A stretch of 63,946 nucleotides of DNA, counting the filler, from Basidioascus undulatus (lineage: Eukaryota), in assembly GCA_000826855.1 (NCBI GenBank). It is 3 parts of 3 records of this genome, joined end to end, with 100 filler letters (N's around TTAATTAATTAA, not from the genome) between each part and the next. Parts side by side here need not be neighbours in the genome. Positions count along the whole stretch, not along the records: positions 43,287 to 63,946 come from JTLS01000362.1; 2 more parts are not named here. The stretch is one strand, 5' to 3'. The translations under genes were made by a program, and so were the position numbers. The notes under the pieces are model-generated. The model saw only the letters and a list, made by a program, of their open reading frames with translations. It did not search any database and had not been told where the DNA came from. Shown here one piece after another: positions 43,187 to 54,845 of the stretch. Each line of letters opens with the position of its first letter. The stretch's first letter is position 1.

Positions 43187-43286
43187 NNNNNNNNNNNNNN
43201 NNNNNNNNNNNNNNNNNNNNNNNNNNNNNNTTAATTAATTAANNNNNNNNNNNNNNNNNNNNNNNNNNNNNNNNNNNNNNNNNNNN
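43187..43286. other. Assembly gap spacer (44 N + TTAATTAATTAA + 44 N)
   Basis: Identical 100-bp artificial structure to 21603-21702. Confidence 0.97.
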
Positions 43287-43987
43287 GAGGGAAAGCGCGG
43301 GGGCCGGGGGCTTCGAGAGCGGGTCTTTGGGGAGTTTGAGGCCCTTTTCAGATGGGCCGGGGGTTGCAGTGGATGTGGATGTGGACATGGTGGGCTTGGT
43401 GGGCACTGCGTGGGAGGCGAGGAGCAGCCGGGAGGACGAGATGATGGGCGAAAGCAGCGTGCGAGCTATTCGGCAGCGTACCTGCCTGCCTTCTTACATG
43501 CCATGCTGCTGGCTGCCTTGTACTGCCCCATCGCCATCAGCTCTAGACCATCTCCCCATAGCTCTGTGATTTCCATGATCAGGATCGAACCTCTCGCCTG
43601 GAAGCCGCAAACGCCCGAGGCGGTAGCTTCGGACCTGCAGTTTCTCGGTGTCGTCCGTATGGCGCAGCTCGATGCCTTCCTTCAGGAGTCGGACTCTGCA
43701 ACTGTCGTGGAATACACGTTCTGAGCGTCCTGTGGCTTCACAGTCCGGGTGAAGCGGAGGGCGATTCTAAACCTCCGCCCCACACGCCCCCAACACACTT
43801 ACACCGCTGAAAGCACAACAGTCACGTCTGTATCCGTCCATCCTTCCCTCACATCTCCATTCAACCCCCCCTTTCCCTCCGCCTCCCACACGCCCCCACG
43901 CCCCGTCTCCTCCTCCTCACCCCGCCGCCCCACCAGTCAACGAACCACCCGGCAGCACTCCCCCCAGTCCCACCCGAAATGCCTCGT

Positions 43988-45886
43988 CTACTGGAACGTC
44001 CGCGTCAACCCGCGCGCAAAAGCCTTGACGTTCCCGCCCGCCTCGGTGTACTTGCTGAGGAAGAACTCGTCCGACATTGCTGTCATCCCCACGTCCACAT
44101 CCCGTCAGCCGCCGCTCAACTCCTTCCCTTAGTCCTTCTCCCCCCCCAGGAAAACGGACGAGGAAACGCACGCGTATGCAGCCCCCCGCTCCTCCCCAGC
44201 CCCTCAAACAGCCCCCTTGCCTCTTGCACGCCGAGCGCGCCGACGTCGAGCCCGCGCAGCCCCGCGGCGTTCGCGACGTGCCGTGCATCCCAGCGCGCGA
44301 AGGCGCTCACGGGGCGCGCGGGGTTCGTATCGAGCGCGGCGGAGAGGAGGGCGGGGACGGGGAAGTGCGTGGGCGTGGACGAGAGCGCGGAGAGGATGAG
44401 GCCGCGGTTCTGCAGGCGGATTTGGAGTTGTCTGTTCGGTTAGCAGGGAAGGAGAGGGGAGAGGGAATGGGGTGGAGATGGGGCGGGATGGAGAGCGCAG
44501 GAGAGGAAGGGAAGGGGGGAGGGGGAGGGAGAGAAAGACGCACGAAGGAGGAGCGGCCGGAGAGGTAGGAGAGGAGGAGGGCGGGAACGCCGAGCTGGTA
44601 CGGCTGGAGCTTGTTGAAGTGCGGGTCGCGGTAGAGGGACGGCTGGTAGAGCGCTTGGAGGGTGTCGATGGCGAGGAGCACGGGATACCTGTTCGCATTC
44701 CCCATCAGCTTAACCTCTGAATGGCAGTACGAGGAAAGAGATAGGAGGAAAGAAAAGGGGGGAGGGGGAACACGACGTACTTGTCCTGGGTCCCCAGCTC
44801 TTGCAGCACGCCCTCCAGCACGCCCTGCGCGACGCCCTCCACGCGCGCGCCCAAATCGACGAGGGCCTTGAGCGGCTCGCCCTTCTTGACGCGCCCACCG
44901 GCCCACTCCTGCGTCGTCTGCACGTTCGCGAGCGCGTCCGCGTTGGTCGCGCCGAGGCGAGCGAGGAGGAGCGCGGCGAGCGTGGGCTGCGCCCAGGTGG
45001 AGGAGGGCGACGACGGCGAGGGCGGCGCGTAGGAGTACAGGGAGGAGACGAGGTCTTGCGAGGACGGGACGTAGAGGGTGATGTAGGAGGAGGAGAGCGC
45101 GTAGGAGACGGCTTGGAAGAGCGTCACGGAGCGGCCGGAGCCGGGAGGGCCGTCTGAAGATTAAGCAGGTCAGTGTGCCCGTTCTTCGACCTATCACATC
45201 CCAGGGCAGCAGACGAGGAGGTGGAAAAGAAAAGGATGGTGAAGACAGACGCACGCAGCACGACCCTGTTCTGCCTGCTGGGCGTCTTGCCCGCCTTGTC
45301 CACCAGATCAAGCACGTCGAGCGTCGCCTGGCGGACAACGGCGTGCGGCTCGGGGAGGACGTCGAACTCCCTCTGGAGCGTGCGCGGGACGCCGACGTGG
45401 TTGAGCACGTCGAGCGCGGGGCCGACGAAGCGGTGGGGCATGCCGAGCGCGGAGGGCGTGAGGTGGTCGGGGAGGAAGGCGGGCATGAAGGACAGGTCCG
45501 CGGACGGCAGCTTCAGCGCGTCGTACCGGTTTGTGGGGACCGTTGCCTGTGGAGGGGAAGGGGCTTGAGAAGGTTGCAGAGGGGAAGGGAGGAGGGGAGG
45601 TGAGGTGGAGGATGGAAGACGCACATCGACACGCTGCTTCACATTCTTGTTCTGACCTTTCTTAGCGAATGAAGAAGACTTTTTCTTTGGTGCCGCAGCT
45701 GCCGCCAGCGCACACCGAGATCCCGCATCAGCTTCATGCAGAATCGGAGGAAGACCGAAAGGGAAGGGGCGGACCTTGGCCCTTCTTGGGGGGCAGCTGG
45801 GCGGGGAGGGAAGTGGAGGGTGCGCGGGTCGTCTGGAGGCGCGTGGGCGGGGCGGGGAGCGCCCTGAGCAGGCGGGAGGAGGACAT
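43988..45886 (-). CDS. RSM23: Mitochondrial small-subunit ribosomal protein mS29 (DAP3/Rsm23), multi-exon
   Basis: Presequence-like N-terminus, VVRQAT, P-loop-like GPPGSGRS-VTLFQAVSYA, LYVP, YPVLLAIDTLQALY...YRDP. Confidence 0.85.
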
Positions 45887-46153
45887 GGCGGCTGCTGAGA
45901 GGAGGACGAGGGTAGCAACGGAGAAGAGCAGGAACGGGCGGACGAGGCGAGAAGACCGCCTTCGTCCGTCCGCGGTTGGGGTACGGATGCAAGACGGAAC
46001 GGCCCCTGGCATTGCCGGACGACCGACAGCGCAGCGCAGTGCCCTCAACACCGCACCACCACTGTCAGCGGAGAGTCGACTGCTAGTCCTCTGCGCATTT
46101 CATCGACAACCACAACACACACAACCACACACACAACCTACACAGCCGACGCC

Positions 46154-47557
46154 ATGTCCGCGCCCGAGGTGTTCTCGTTCGGCACCGCGCCCCTCACCGC
46201 GCACGCCTTCAACGCTGACCGCTCCCGTGCGTTGGCCCTGGTCTCACCGCGATCTGGGCGACTAATCTGAACACACTTGGGATTGTCACACAGAGGTCGC
46301 CGTCTGCCCCAACACGAACGAGCTCCACATTTACGCCCGCAGCGGCAACAGCTGGACCCTCACCGCGACCCTTACCGAGGTGCGTCCCATGCCAACCCGC
46401 GCCCCACACACGCTCATCCTCACCCCCACCCACGCAGCACGACAAAGTGATCACCTCGATCGACTGGGCGCCGCAGACGAACCGGATCGTGACGTGCTCG
46501 CAGGATCGGAACGCGTACGTGTGGACGCTCACGTTGGACGCGCAGACGGGCCAGTCCATCTGGAAGCCGACGCTCGTCCTCCTGCGCATCAACCGCGCCG
46601 CGACGTGCGTACGCTGGAGCCCGCTCGAGAACAAGTTCGCTGTGGCGAGCGGTGCGCGCGCGATCGCGGTCTGCTCGTTCGACGCCGAGTCCGACTGGTG
46701 GGTGTCCAAGCACATCAAGAAGCCGCTTAGGAGCACCGTCCTCTCACTCGACTGGCACCCCAACAACGTGCTGCTTGCCGCGGGGAGTGCGGACGCGCGC
46801 GCACGCGTGTTTAGCGCGTACATCAAGGACGTCGACGAGAAGCCCGCGCCGTCGGTTTGGGGCGAGCGCCTCCCGTTCAACACCGTCTGCGGAGAGTTCG
46901 CCCCCGCCGCGGGAGGGTGGGTCCATGCCGTCGGGTTCTCCCCCCGCGGAGACGTACTGGCTTTCGCGAGTGCGTCTTCTTCCAACCTTGCTCTGCCCTC
47001 GTCTCCTCCTTCTCTTGTGTCTTTGAGCCCACTGACCCTCCCCACCCACAGGCCACGACTCGACCGTGACGATCGTGTACCCCTCCGGACCCAGCCAACC
47101 CCCCGCGGCGGTCATCTCCCTCCGCGTGCCCTCCCTTCCATTCACGACCCTCGCCTGGACGCGGGAAGATACGCTCGTCGCCGCAGGGCACGACTGCCAG
47201 CCGATCCTTCTCTCTTCCACCTCCGGCTCCTGGGCGATCACCAAATCGCTGGACGACTCGAAGTCCGGCCCGTCCTCGGCGCCCCGCGGGACCGTCGGCC
47301 GCCTGAACAACCTCGGCGCGTTCCAGACGTTCAAGGGCGCGGACTCGCGCGGCGTGTCGGGCGGGAGCGGGTCGGGGGACACCGTGCTTAACACCGTGCA
47401 CCAGAACACGATCACCCTTGTCAGGGCGTATGAGGGACAGCCCGGGGATGTCAGGAAGGTTAGTACCAGTGGGGTCGATGGGAAGCTGTGTGTCTGGGAT
47501 GTGGAGGGCGGGAGCGTCGAGGGTCTGGTGGCGAGGACGGGGGCGATGTCGGTTTGA
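46154..47557 (+). CDS. ARC40: Arp2/3 complex WD40 subunit ARPC1, multi-exon
   Basis: [80 protein letters not shown]. Confidence 0.95.
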
Positions 47558-48914
47558 GGGGGCAATCGAGTGAGGATTGGGCTCTGTGGGAAGGAGAAGA
47601 ATGATTAGGAATAGGATAGGGGAAGGAAGGTTTCGGTGATCGATGCCATGGTGTGGAGCTTCGTAAATTGTGCGTCCGATTCGTTTGTGAGAAGGGCCAT
47701 TACGTCTCATGCTTCGGCGCACCAGCGCCTCCCCAAGTCCTGTGACGCTCTCTTCATGAAAGACCACACCTTTAAAGCACGGCACGTAAACCCGAGCTAA
47801 AATCAGTGGAGAGTCTCAGTTCATTGTCCCCAGTGTTCGGTATGTAGTCTGCAAACCAGTTTGGGGTGGTCGGACCTGGGAAGGAAGAAAAGAAAGAAGG
47901 ACGCATCCATCTGTACAGGCCGGTTACTTGTTTCGCAAACAGAGCTGAAGCCTGGACTGCTGCGAGTCGCGCCCGCCCTGGCCGATCGCCGCGGCGGCTC
48001 CGCTGATAGTGGTCACACGGAGCCTGCCATAGAAATCATGGTAATCATAGTTGACTTTTTCGGGCGAGCTCGTTCTTTTTCAGTCGATTCAGTGCTACAT
48101 TGCTCACTCTGATTAGTCAGTCAATGGGTGCGCGCCATAGCAATCGTTGGACGCGTTTGTGACAATGGGCCAAATGCTCTCCAAGCTCAAATGAAGGTAA
48201 AGGTTTACCAATAATCGGGCGGATTAAACCAGCCTCAATTGGTTGAAGTGGAGAAGTAGAAAGAGTTGCATGGTTAGGTCGCCATATGCTATCAGACAGC
48301 GACACTGGAGGTGTTTCCGTGAGGCTCACGGACTTGTATAAACCCATTGATCTCTAATACCCCCTCGGTAACCCCTTCTAGATGTGAAGGCGGTAAGGGG
48401 TGAGACTGGTTAAGACACTTTCTGCTCGACCACGGCAGCCTGGCATTCGTTGCAATTCTGCCTCAGATGAAATATCGTTGCCACAGCATCACTATTGAAA
48501 TGCGCGGGTTTATCAGTGTTCCCTATCCTCCCAACGTTTATTAATATCCAGGAAAGATAGACGATGGATTAATGTAGGCAAGTAGAGGGAAAACGGCAGG
48601 CACTTCCGCTGACTGCGCTTCAAGGAGTCCTTTGTCCGACGGCCCGCATCTTCCTTTGTCGCGAACACACCGTTGGGCTCTTGTTCGCAGCTCCTTTCTC
48701 AGAAGGAGAATGGGCCCATCCTCGGCCACCTTTATAAAGGCTTTAGCCCCGCAGGCTCCTCTCCCACACTTGACCTCCTCACCGCTGCACTTTCTCACCT
48801 TCGAGTTTCCATTGCTCTCCTTTATCCGCGCAGGCTCGCGGTTTGTCTCTCATTCTCCTCAGCCTGCCGCTCTTTCATCAATTTCTCAACTCGAAACAAC
48901 TCGTAATCTCCACT

Positions 48915-49871
48915 ATGATTGGCGGGCTTGCTGTTAAAATCCCGACCAACGTCGTCCGGGTGCTGTCCTTCGGCAGCCTGATTGCGGTCTTCGTTACGCA
49001 ACTGCTTGTGCTCGTCCAGTGCGTCCATTTCCTTCTGAAGGCTTGGAATTGTTCTTTTAAACAACTAAATTGGAACTTCCAGTAATGCCAAGACGTTCTC
49101 CCTGTTCAAGGGCACAATCAAGACCTCCGATTTCGACAATTCCACCTCCTCCGATGCATACTTGCTTGACACAGACGTATGTATTTTTATTCATCCCTCC
49201 TGCGCTTTCCCAAACGCCGACTCTCTAATTTTTTCCAGGTCCCCAACGACTTCGGCGGTCCGCTCTTTTCCCTCCTCAGCCGGCTCATCACCCTCTTGTG
49301 CTGTTTGCTCCTGGCATTCGCGGAAACCGGGTTCGGCGAGCAATTCTTCGGACACTGGTTGCCTGTTCTGGGTCCGGAATGGGGGGTGGGATTCCTCGGA
49401 GGTTGGGAGGTCTAGTGAGTACCGTCGCACTGTCCCGAGAAACTACATAGACTGAAGGCTCTCCTCTTGCGCAGCCTCGGGTCTACCGTCCTTTCCCACC
49501 ACAAGTCAGCCCATCCCACACACCTCTCCGGCTCCATGGACGCGTGCTGAATTCCTGCACAGTCCCGAAATGGCACCTTTCGTCACCGGCTGGATGCTCG
49601 CCTGTATCGGCGTGATCAACCTGTTTATTCTCGTAAGTCCATCCCCTGCAACATACGCCCCACGATGACAAGATCACTCCTCGCATTGACAAAAGTACAA
49701 ATGTGTTGTCAGGGTCCCTTTGGTAAGCGCATCAAGCAGTGGCGCGCTGTACTCAGCGACGATGCGGCCGCCGACTGTCTTCCGCCTGGCGCGGGGAAGG
49801 CTGCCAAGTTTGGTTGGGGGATCTTCAGGCGGAGGAGGGCTGCGGCGGCGGAGAAGAGAAGCTATGCCTGA
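48915..49871 (+). CDS. Hypothetical polytopic membrane protein, multi-exon
   Basis: Spliceable frame with several hydrophobic segments (VRVLSFGSLIAVFV; FFGHWLPVLGPEWGVGFLG; VTGWMLACIGVINLF) and canonical introns. Confidence 0.65.
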
Positions 49872-50001
49872 TAGCAGCAATGTCCATTTGAGCAGCTTAA
49901 TTCTTTATAAATTCACTCGCACAACCACCAGCGACTGCACAAACGAAAGTCGCTCAGACGCAGTGTCTATATAATGGCGCTGAAGTATCGACCACCATCT
50001 T

Positions 50002-51357
50002 CTAAGCAGTCTCCGCACTCTTCGCCGCATCCTCCACCCGCTTCTTCTCCTCCTCGTCCTTCCGCTTGGCATCCTCGGTCTCAGCCTGCGTGCGCAAACG
50101 CCCGTGCTCCCTGCGCTCCTCGCGCTCGCTATATCGGTCGTCGAGCAGCGCCTTGTGCGGGAGGAGGAGGATCGTCGTCTTCACCAGCTCCTCGCACACA
50201 TCGACGAGTCGGTCGCGATTCGAGGACGGCATGAGGCGGTCCGAGGCAGTATATTGCGTCCAGGCTTTGGGAATCTGCGGAAAACACAGCGTGAGCAACG
50301 GAAGAAAAGGGGGCTAAATCGTGTAGACGATACGGACGGATGATTGATTAGGGATTGTCCCTAATTGCAAGAGAGGGGTAATGTGAGAATGGGTTTAAGA
50401 GGAAAGTCATGCGACGCACACATCCGCATCCAGCGGCCCAGGATGCGCAGCGAGTTGACAGTGTTGAACGACTGGCTGCCTCCGTTCTGGAAAGGCGGGT
50501 TGTCATAAGACTGCGTTCCACTACGACTCTTTTCTAAAAATTTACTACTTGGGCAATACCCAGAGTACGACCCTGGGTCGGGCGCACCGAGCCCGTCGAC
50601 AACGGAATCCAGTCGACTGCAACGGAACGTGAGGGTAGTCAGGGACGACCGCTCTTAAGCCAGAGCAGGATCGAGCTTACTCTGGTTCTTGAAAACCGCC
50701 GTCAAGTTACCATGTTGTCTATGTGGAACGCCAGGGCATCACAGTCAGCCCAGCGGATCAATCTTGAAAAGGGCTGAAATACGCACTCGGGCGAGCACCA
50801 AAAGTGACCATCGCTCCATTCGCTGAGCGCGCGCAGCTCCTGCACCTTCTCATGCTTCTCCGACACGCCGTCCTTAACCGGCAGTCCGGTCGGATCGAAC
50901 AACCGAACATCGGCGCCCAGCCGGGTGAGAATGCGCGATGCCTCGTAGGCGGTGAGGCGCGAGAAGGACCTGCACGAAAATTGTAAAGCGCGTCAGCGGG
51001 GTCTGGGAGCCACGGGATGAAGAGAGATCGCAAAGCTCACCGCTCTCTCAACGACCCATAAAGCACGAGCAGCCTAATCCTCCTCGGCAGCAACGCCTCC
51101 GCCATACCCCTGACCGTGTCGAGCTCGAGCTCATCCACCCAGTCGCGCTCCTCCTGCGCCTCGGCAGGAGTATGCAAGTGGAAGGGGCGGTACCTCGCCT
51201 CGACTGCCTCCTCCGGGAGCGCGGTGACTTCCGTGGCAGTGCGTGGTGCGGCGGGGAGTGAAGAGACCATGCGGAACGTTGCTGTTGCGGTTATCGTGGC
51301 GGCCGAGCAGGTGAAGGTACGATTTAGGATGGAAGAAGCGGCGCGGGTGGAAAGCAT
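50002..51357 (-). CDS. arsH: Arsenical resistance protein ArsH (NADPH-dependent FMN reductase family), multi-exon
   Basis: [36 protein letters not shown]...[80 protein letters not shown]. Confidence 0.95.
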
Positions 51358-51789
51358 TGACGAAGGCCTCTGCTTCGCTTTCGCTTTCTGAGGTGTAAGA
51401 GTTCAAGGGGGGATGGGTCTGTGCATGCAAGTTTCTTTCTCCTGATCCCTGTACGTCAGCGACGATGACGAGGAGGACCAGAACCGGCCAAGCCGCCCTT
51501 ATCAATTGGTTATCAAGCTGCTGCATATAGACATTTCAAATTACATTGCTTGCGACAAAGAGCGACAAATCTAGCTCTGAGCATTTGCAATTCAGCGCCA
51601 GATCTTCACTCATCACGCACACCGGAGCAGCGTAGAGTCGAACGCGGAGAAGCACACTGCCAGAGTGTTGATGCAAAATTGTTCTCCATTGCGACTCCTT
51701 GCGACTCCAGCACTACATGCTCAGACTGCAATCTTAACATCCAGGCAGTTCGACGACATGCAAGAGGGTTGATATAGCGCTCAACGAAA

Positions 51790-52438
51790 CTACAGTTTGG
51801 ACGTGAGCTGCTCGTCGCCCCCGAACGCGGCAACCCAACCCTTGATCCCACCCTCCAAGATCACGCCCGACGTCTGCCCATCCAGCCCAGCCTTTTCCAC
51901 GGCCTCCTGGTACCATCCGGCAGAACGAACGCCCCGACCGCCTGCAGAGCTACAGCGGGACAAGGCACATTTATCGTCAGCATGGGATCAAACAAGAGAC
52001 GGGGTGCCAGGAGCGAAACGAACCAGCTGTTGCAATGGAAGACGACCAGGGGGTATCTCGACAGCAGAGGAACAACACCCGACAGAGTCGGGTATAGGCT
52101 GTGCGCGGGAAGGTTGATGGCGCCGCGGACGAAGTGGTTCTGGGGGACAAGTCAGCGGTCAGTACGGTAAGCGTGCTGCCGTGCGTATCGTGAAAGAAGC
52201 TGGAGCTGCTTACCTCAAAATCTGTCCTACGAACGTCCACTACGAGAACGTCCTTCCCACCCGCACCATTTTGCAATTTCTGCGCGAGCTCCTGCGGGGT
52301 GATTGACCCCACAGGGGCCTTTAGCGCCGGCGCAGGGAAGGCGGCGTGCCAGGGGGTTGTGGACTGCTGCTCGGCCACTGTTGAGTAGAGCGCGCCAGTC
52401 AGCAGGCGCCTCGCTGTTGCCGGGTAGATCGTGAGCAT
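51790..52438 (-). CDS. Cdc25/rhodanese-fold arsenate reductase-like protein (Acr2/Ych1/Ibp1 family), three exons
   Basis: PWHAAFPAP, VLVVDVRRTDFE, FVRGAINLPAHSLYPTL, VVFHCNSCSAGGRGVRSAGWYQ, ILEGGIKGW. Located between arsH and ACR3. Confidence 0.85.
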
Positions 52439-52749
52439 GATGGAACGTGATCAACTTGTTAAAAACAAATTCTCGTGGATGAAGAGTGTTGGAGGAGGAC
52501 AAGATGCGCTGAGCACATCATCCTCCTCAACGCTGCCGGCATGGGCCAAGTCCGGTGCCGATCTGCGGGATCTTCGCAATTTCAAATTGACCACTCAGCC
52601 TCGCCGCTCATTTCAAGTTCGCGTGGTGCTCCTGGCTGGAATCTCCGGTCGACGAGGATGGCGGTCTTTCCAACGCTTAATCAGAGCAGCTTTTGTTACT
52701 CGAACCACCACCATCGCATCCCGTCGTCCCCTGTTCTGAACCCCAGACG
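52439..52749. promoter_or_regulatory. Bidirectional promoter region between the ACR2-like gene and ACR3
   Basis: 311 bp between divergent ATGs. Contains the near-palindrome CAATTTCAAATTG (52577-52589) and ATTTCAAGTT (52610-52619). Confidence 0.6.
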
Positions 52750-54845
52750 ATGCCCTGCGCGTGCGACACCAAGGCCGACGCGCCTTCCTCCCTCAGCGCC
52801 TCCGCCGGCACTTCCGCCACCAGCGAGAAGCAGCAACTCCATGACGAGACCCCCGCATACCTCTTTCATCCGGGGTGCAAGATGAGCCAGGATTGCGACT
52901 TCTGCGAGGGGCTCGGGGAGATGACCAACGAGGAGAAGGTGGATGACGTGCTCAAGGCTTCCTGTGCGTCTGGCTTCTCTTTTCTCGGTGTCTCAGAAGG
53001 AGCTGAGGATGGCGTGAAAACAGCACTCTTCAAGAACTTGAGCTTCCTGGACCGCTACCTTGCCATCTTCGTGCTGCTGGCGATGATCATTGGGGTGGTG
53101 ATAGGCGTTTACGCGGTACGTCCAAGGCTCCCACCTTCGCCGCCTTCCGCGCTGGATGTTCACATTCATTGGGATGGTAGGAGGATGGTGTGCGTCGTGC
53201 GTTCCAGGGAACTGCAACGTGGGAGGGCGTCTCCATTCGTGAGTTGGTGTTTGGAATACTGTGAACGGGGATCTGACTGACCTCTATCTGGCTGCAGCAA
53301 TCCTCATCGGGCTGCTTGTTATGATGTGGCCCGCTCTGGCCAAGGTGCGTAATCAAGAACCACTTACGACCTATATTGTCCCACAAAGTCTCACACACAT
53401 TCTCCCCCAGGTCCAATGGGAGCGCCTTCCGGAGCTCTTCAAGTCCCGCGCGCTCTGGTTCCACCTCGGCATCTCCTTCGTGCTCAATTGGATCGTAGCG
53501 CCGTTCATCATGCTCGGTTTGGCCTGGGCCACGCTGCCCGAGGCAAGCATGGAGCGCGAGCGCAAGGGCGTCCTGCTTGTTGGTGTCGGTGCGTCCCTGT
53601 GCACGCGTGCGTTCTCGACGATCTTGCTGACAGTTGCGCGACTTGGTCAGCCCGATGCATTGGTAGGGAGGCGCTCATAGACACGAAATGTATAAGAAAC
53701 TGATCGTCTCCTCCCTGCAGCCATGGTCCTGATCTGGAATGCCATTAGCCGCGGAGATGGTAATTACTGCGCCATCCTTGTCGTCTTCAACTCGCTCCTC
53801 CAGGTACGACAATTTCACCCATCTCTTTCTCCTTTTCGACTTGCACACGAGACTCATCTTCCCATCCTATTCAGGTCGTTCTCTTCTCGCCCTATGCGGT
53901 TCTATTCCTCAACTACCTGGGCGGCAACCCTGGCTCTGGCTCGCCTGAGCTCCAGCTCGACTACCGCAGCGCGGCCAAAGCAGTCGGAATTGTACGCTCC
54001 ATTCTCATCGCCTCAGCACACGCGCTCACGGCACCGCGTCTCCCCGCAGTACCTCGGCATACCGCTCGCCGCAGGTGCGCTGACGCGCGTAATCGCCAAG
54101 GCGACGCTCTCGCCCAAGGGCTTCAAGCGCTTCTTCGACTACTTTGGGCCTCTCGCGCTCGTCGGCCTTCTGTATACCATCATCGTCTTGTTCGCGAACC
54201 AGGTCCGTTCCTTGTCTCTTGTTCCTTACACATATGTACTAAAGCAAACTGACACGCAAATCATTCGCAGGGCAAGCGCATTGTCGACAACATCGGCTCG
54301 GTTTTCCGGATTTGCGTCCCGTACGTCTGCCAAGCTCGCGCGGCGTTGTCGCATTCTCACGCTATGCCTCCCCTCAGCCTTATCCTGTACTTCACCATCG
54401 TCTGGACCGTCACATTCTTCGCCTTCTGGCAGTTGTCACGCTCCCGGTGGGGCACCGCCGCGGGCGGGTACGAGAAAGCCGTCACGCAGGCGTTCACTGC
54501 TGGGTCTAACAACGTGCGTCCTACTTTCGCGTCGTCTTCTTATTTCTGAACGCCTATGAACATGTCTCCTCTCGGGCAGTTCGAGCTCGCCATCGCCGTC
54601 GCCATCGCAAGCTTCGGTGCCGAGTCGCCCGAGGTCCTAGCAGCAACGTGAGTTAACCGTTGACCGTTTTCTGAGTTAGCTAGTGATTTGACGATTATCT
54701 ATGATCTGATCACCTTCCACCTTGCAGGCTCGGCCCGCTCATCGAGGTACCCGTCTTGCTCGCGCTCAGCTACGTAGCGCTCTACCTCCGCTCCAAGATG
54801 CGGTGGACACAGGCGGCCAAGACGGACGCCATAATTTCTGTTTAG
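52750..54845 (+). CDS. ACR3: Arsenite efflux transporter Acr3, multi-exon
   Basis: LSFLDRYLAIFVLLAM, IGLLVMMWP, SFVLNWIVAP, ARCIAMVLIWN, NSLLQ, YLGIPL, LLYTIIVLF, FTAGSNNFELAIAVAIASFG, GPLIEVPVL. Confidence 0.96.

Noticed and set aside
45130..45155. Arg in place of Lys in the RSM23 P-loop-like motif (GSGRS)
   Set aside because: A conservative change in a divergent mitoribosomal protein, not enough to claim a functional difference.
43917..47785. Many long overlapping antisense ORFs here and throughout the window
   Set aside because: They are shadows of high-GC coding sequence on the opposite strand with no independent motifs.
50002..54845. Recent horizontal transfer of a bacterial ars operon
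   Set aside because: All three genes have numerous host-type spliceosomal introns, the reductase is the eukaryotic Cdc25/rhodanese type, and there is no arsR.
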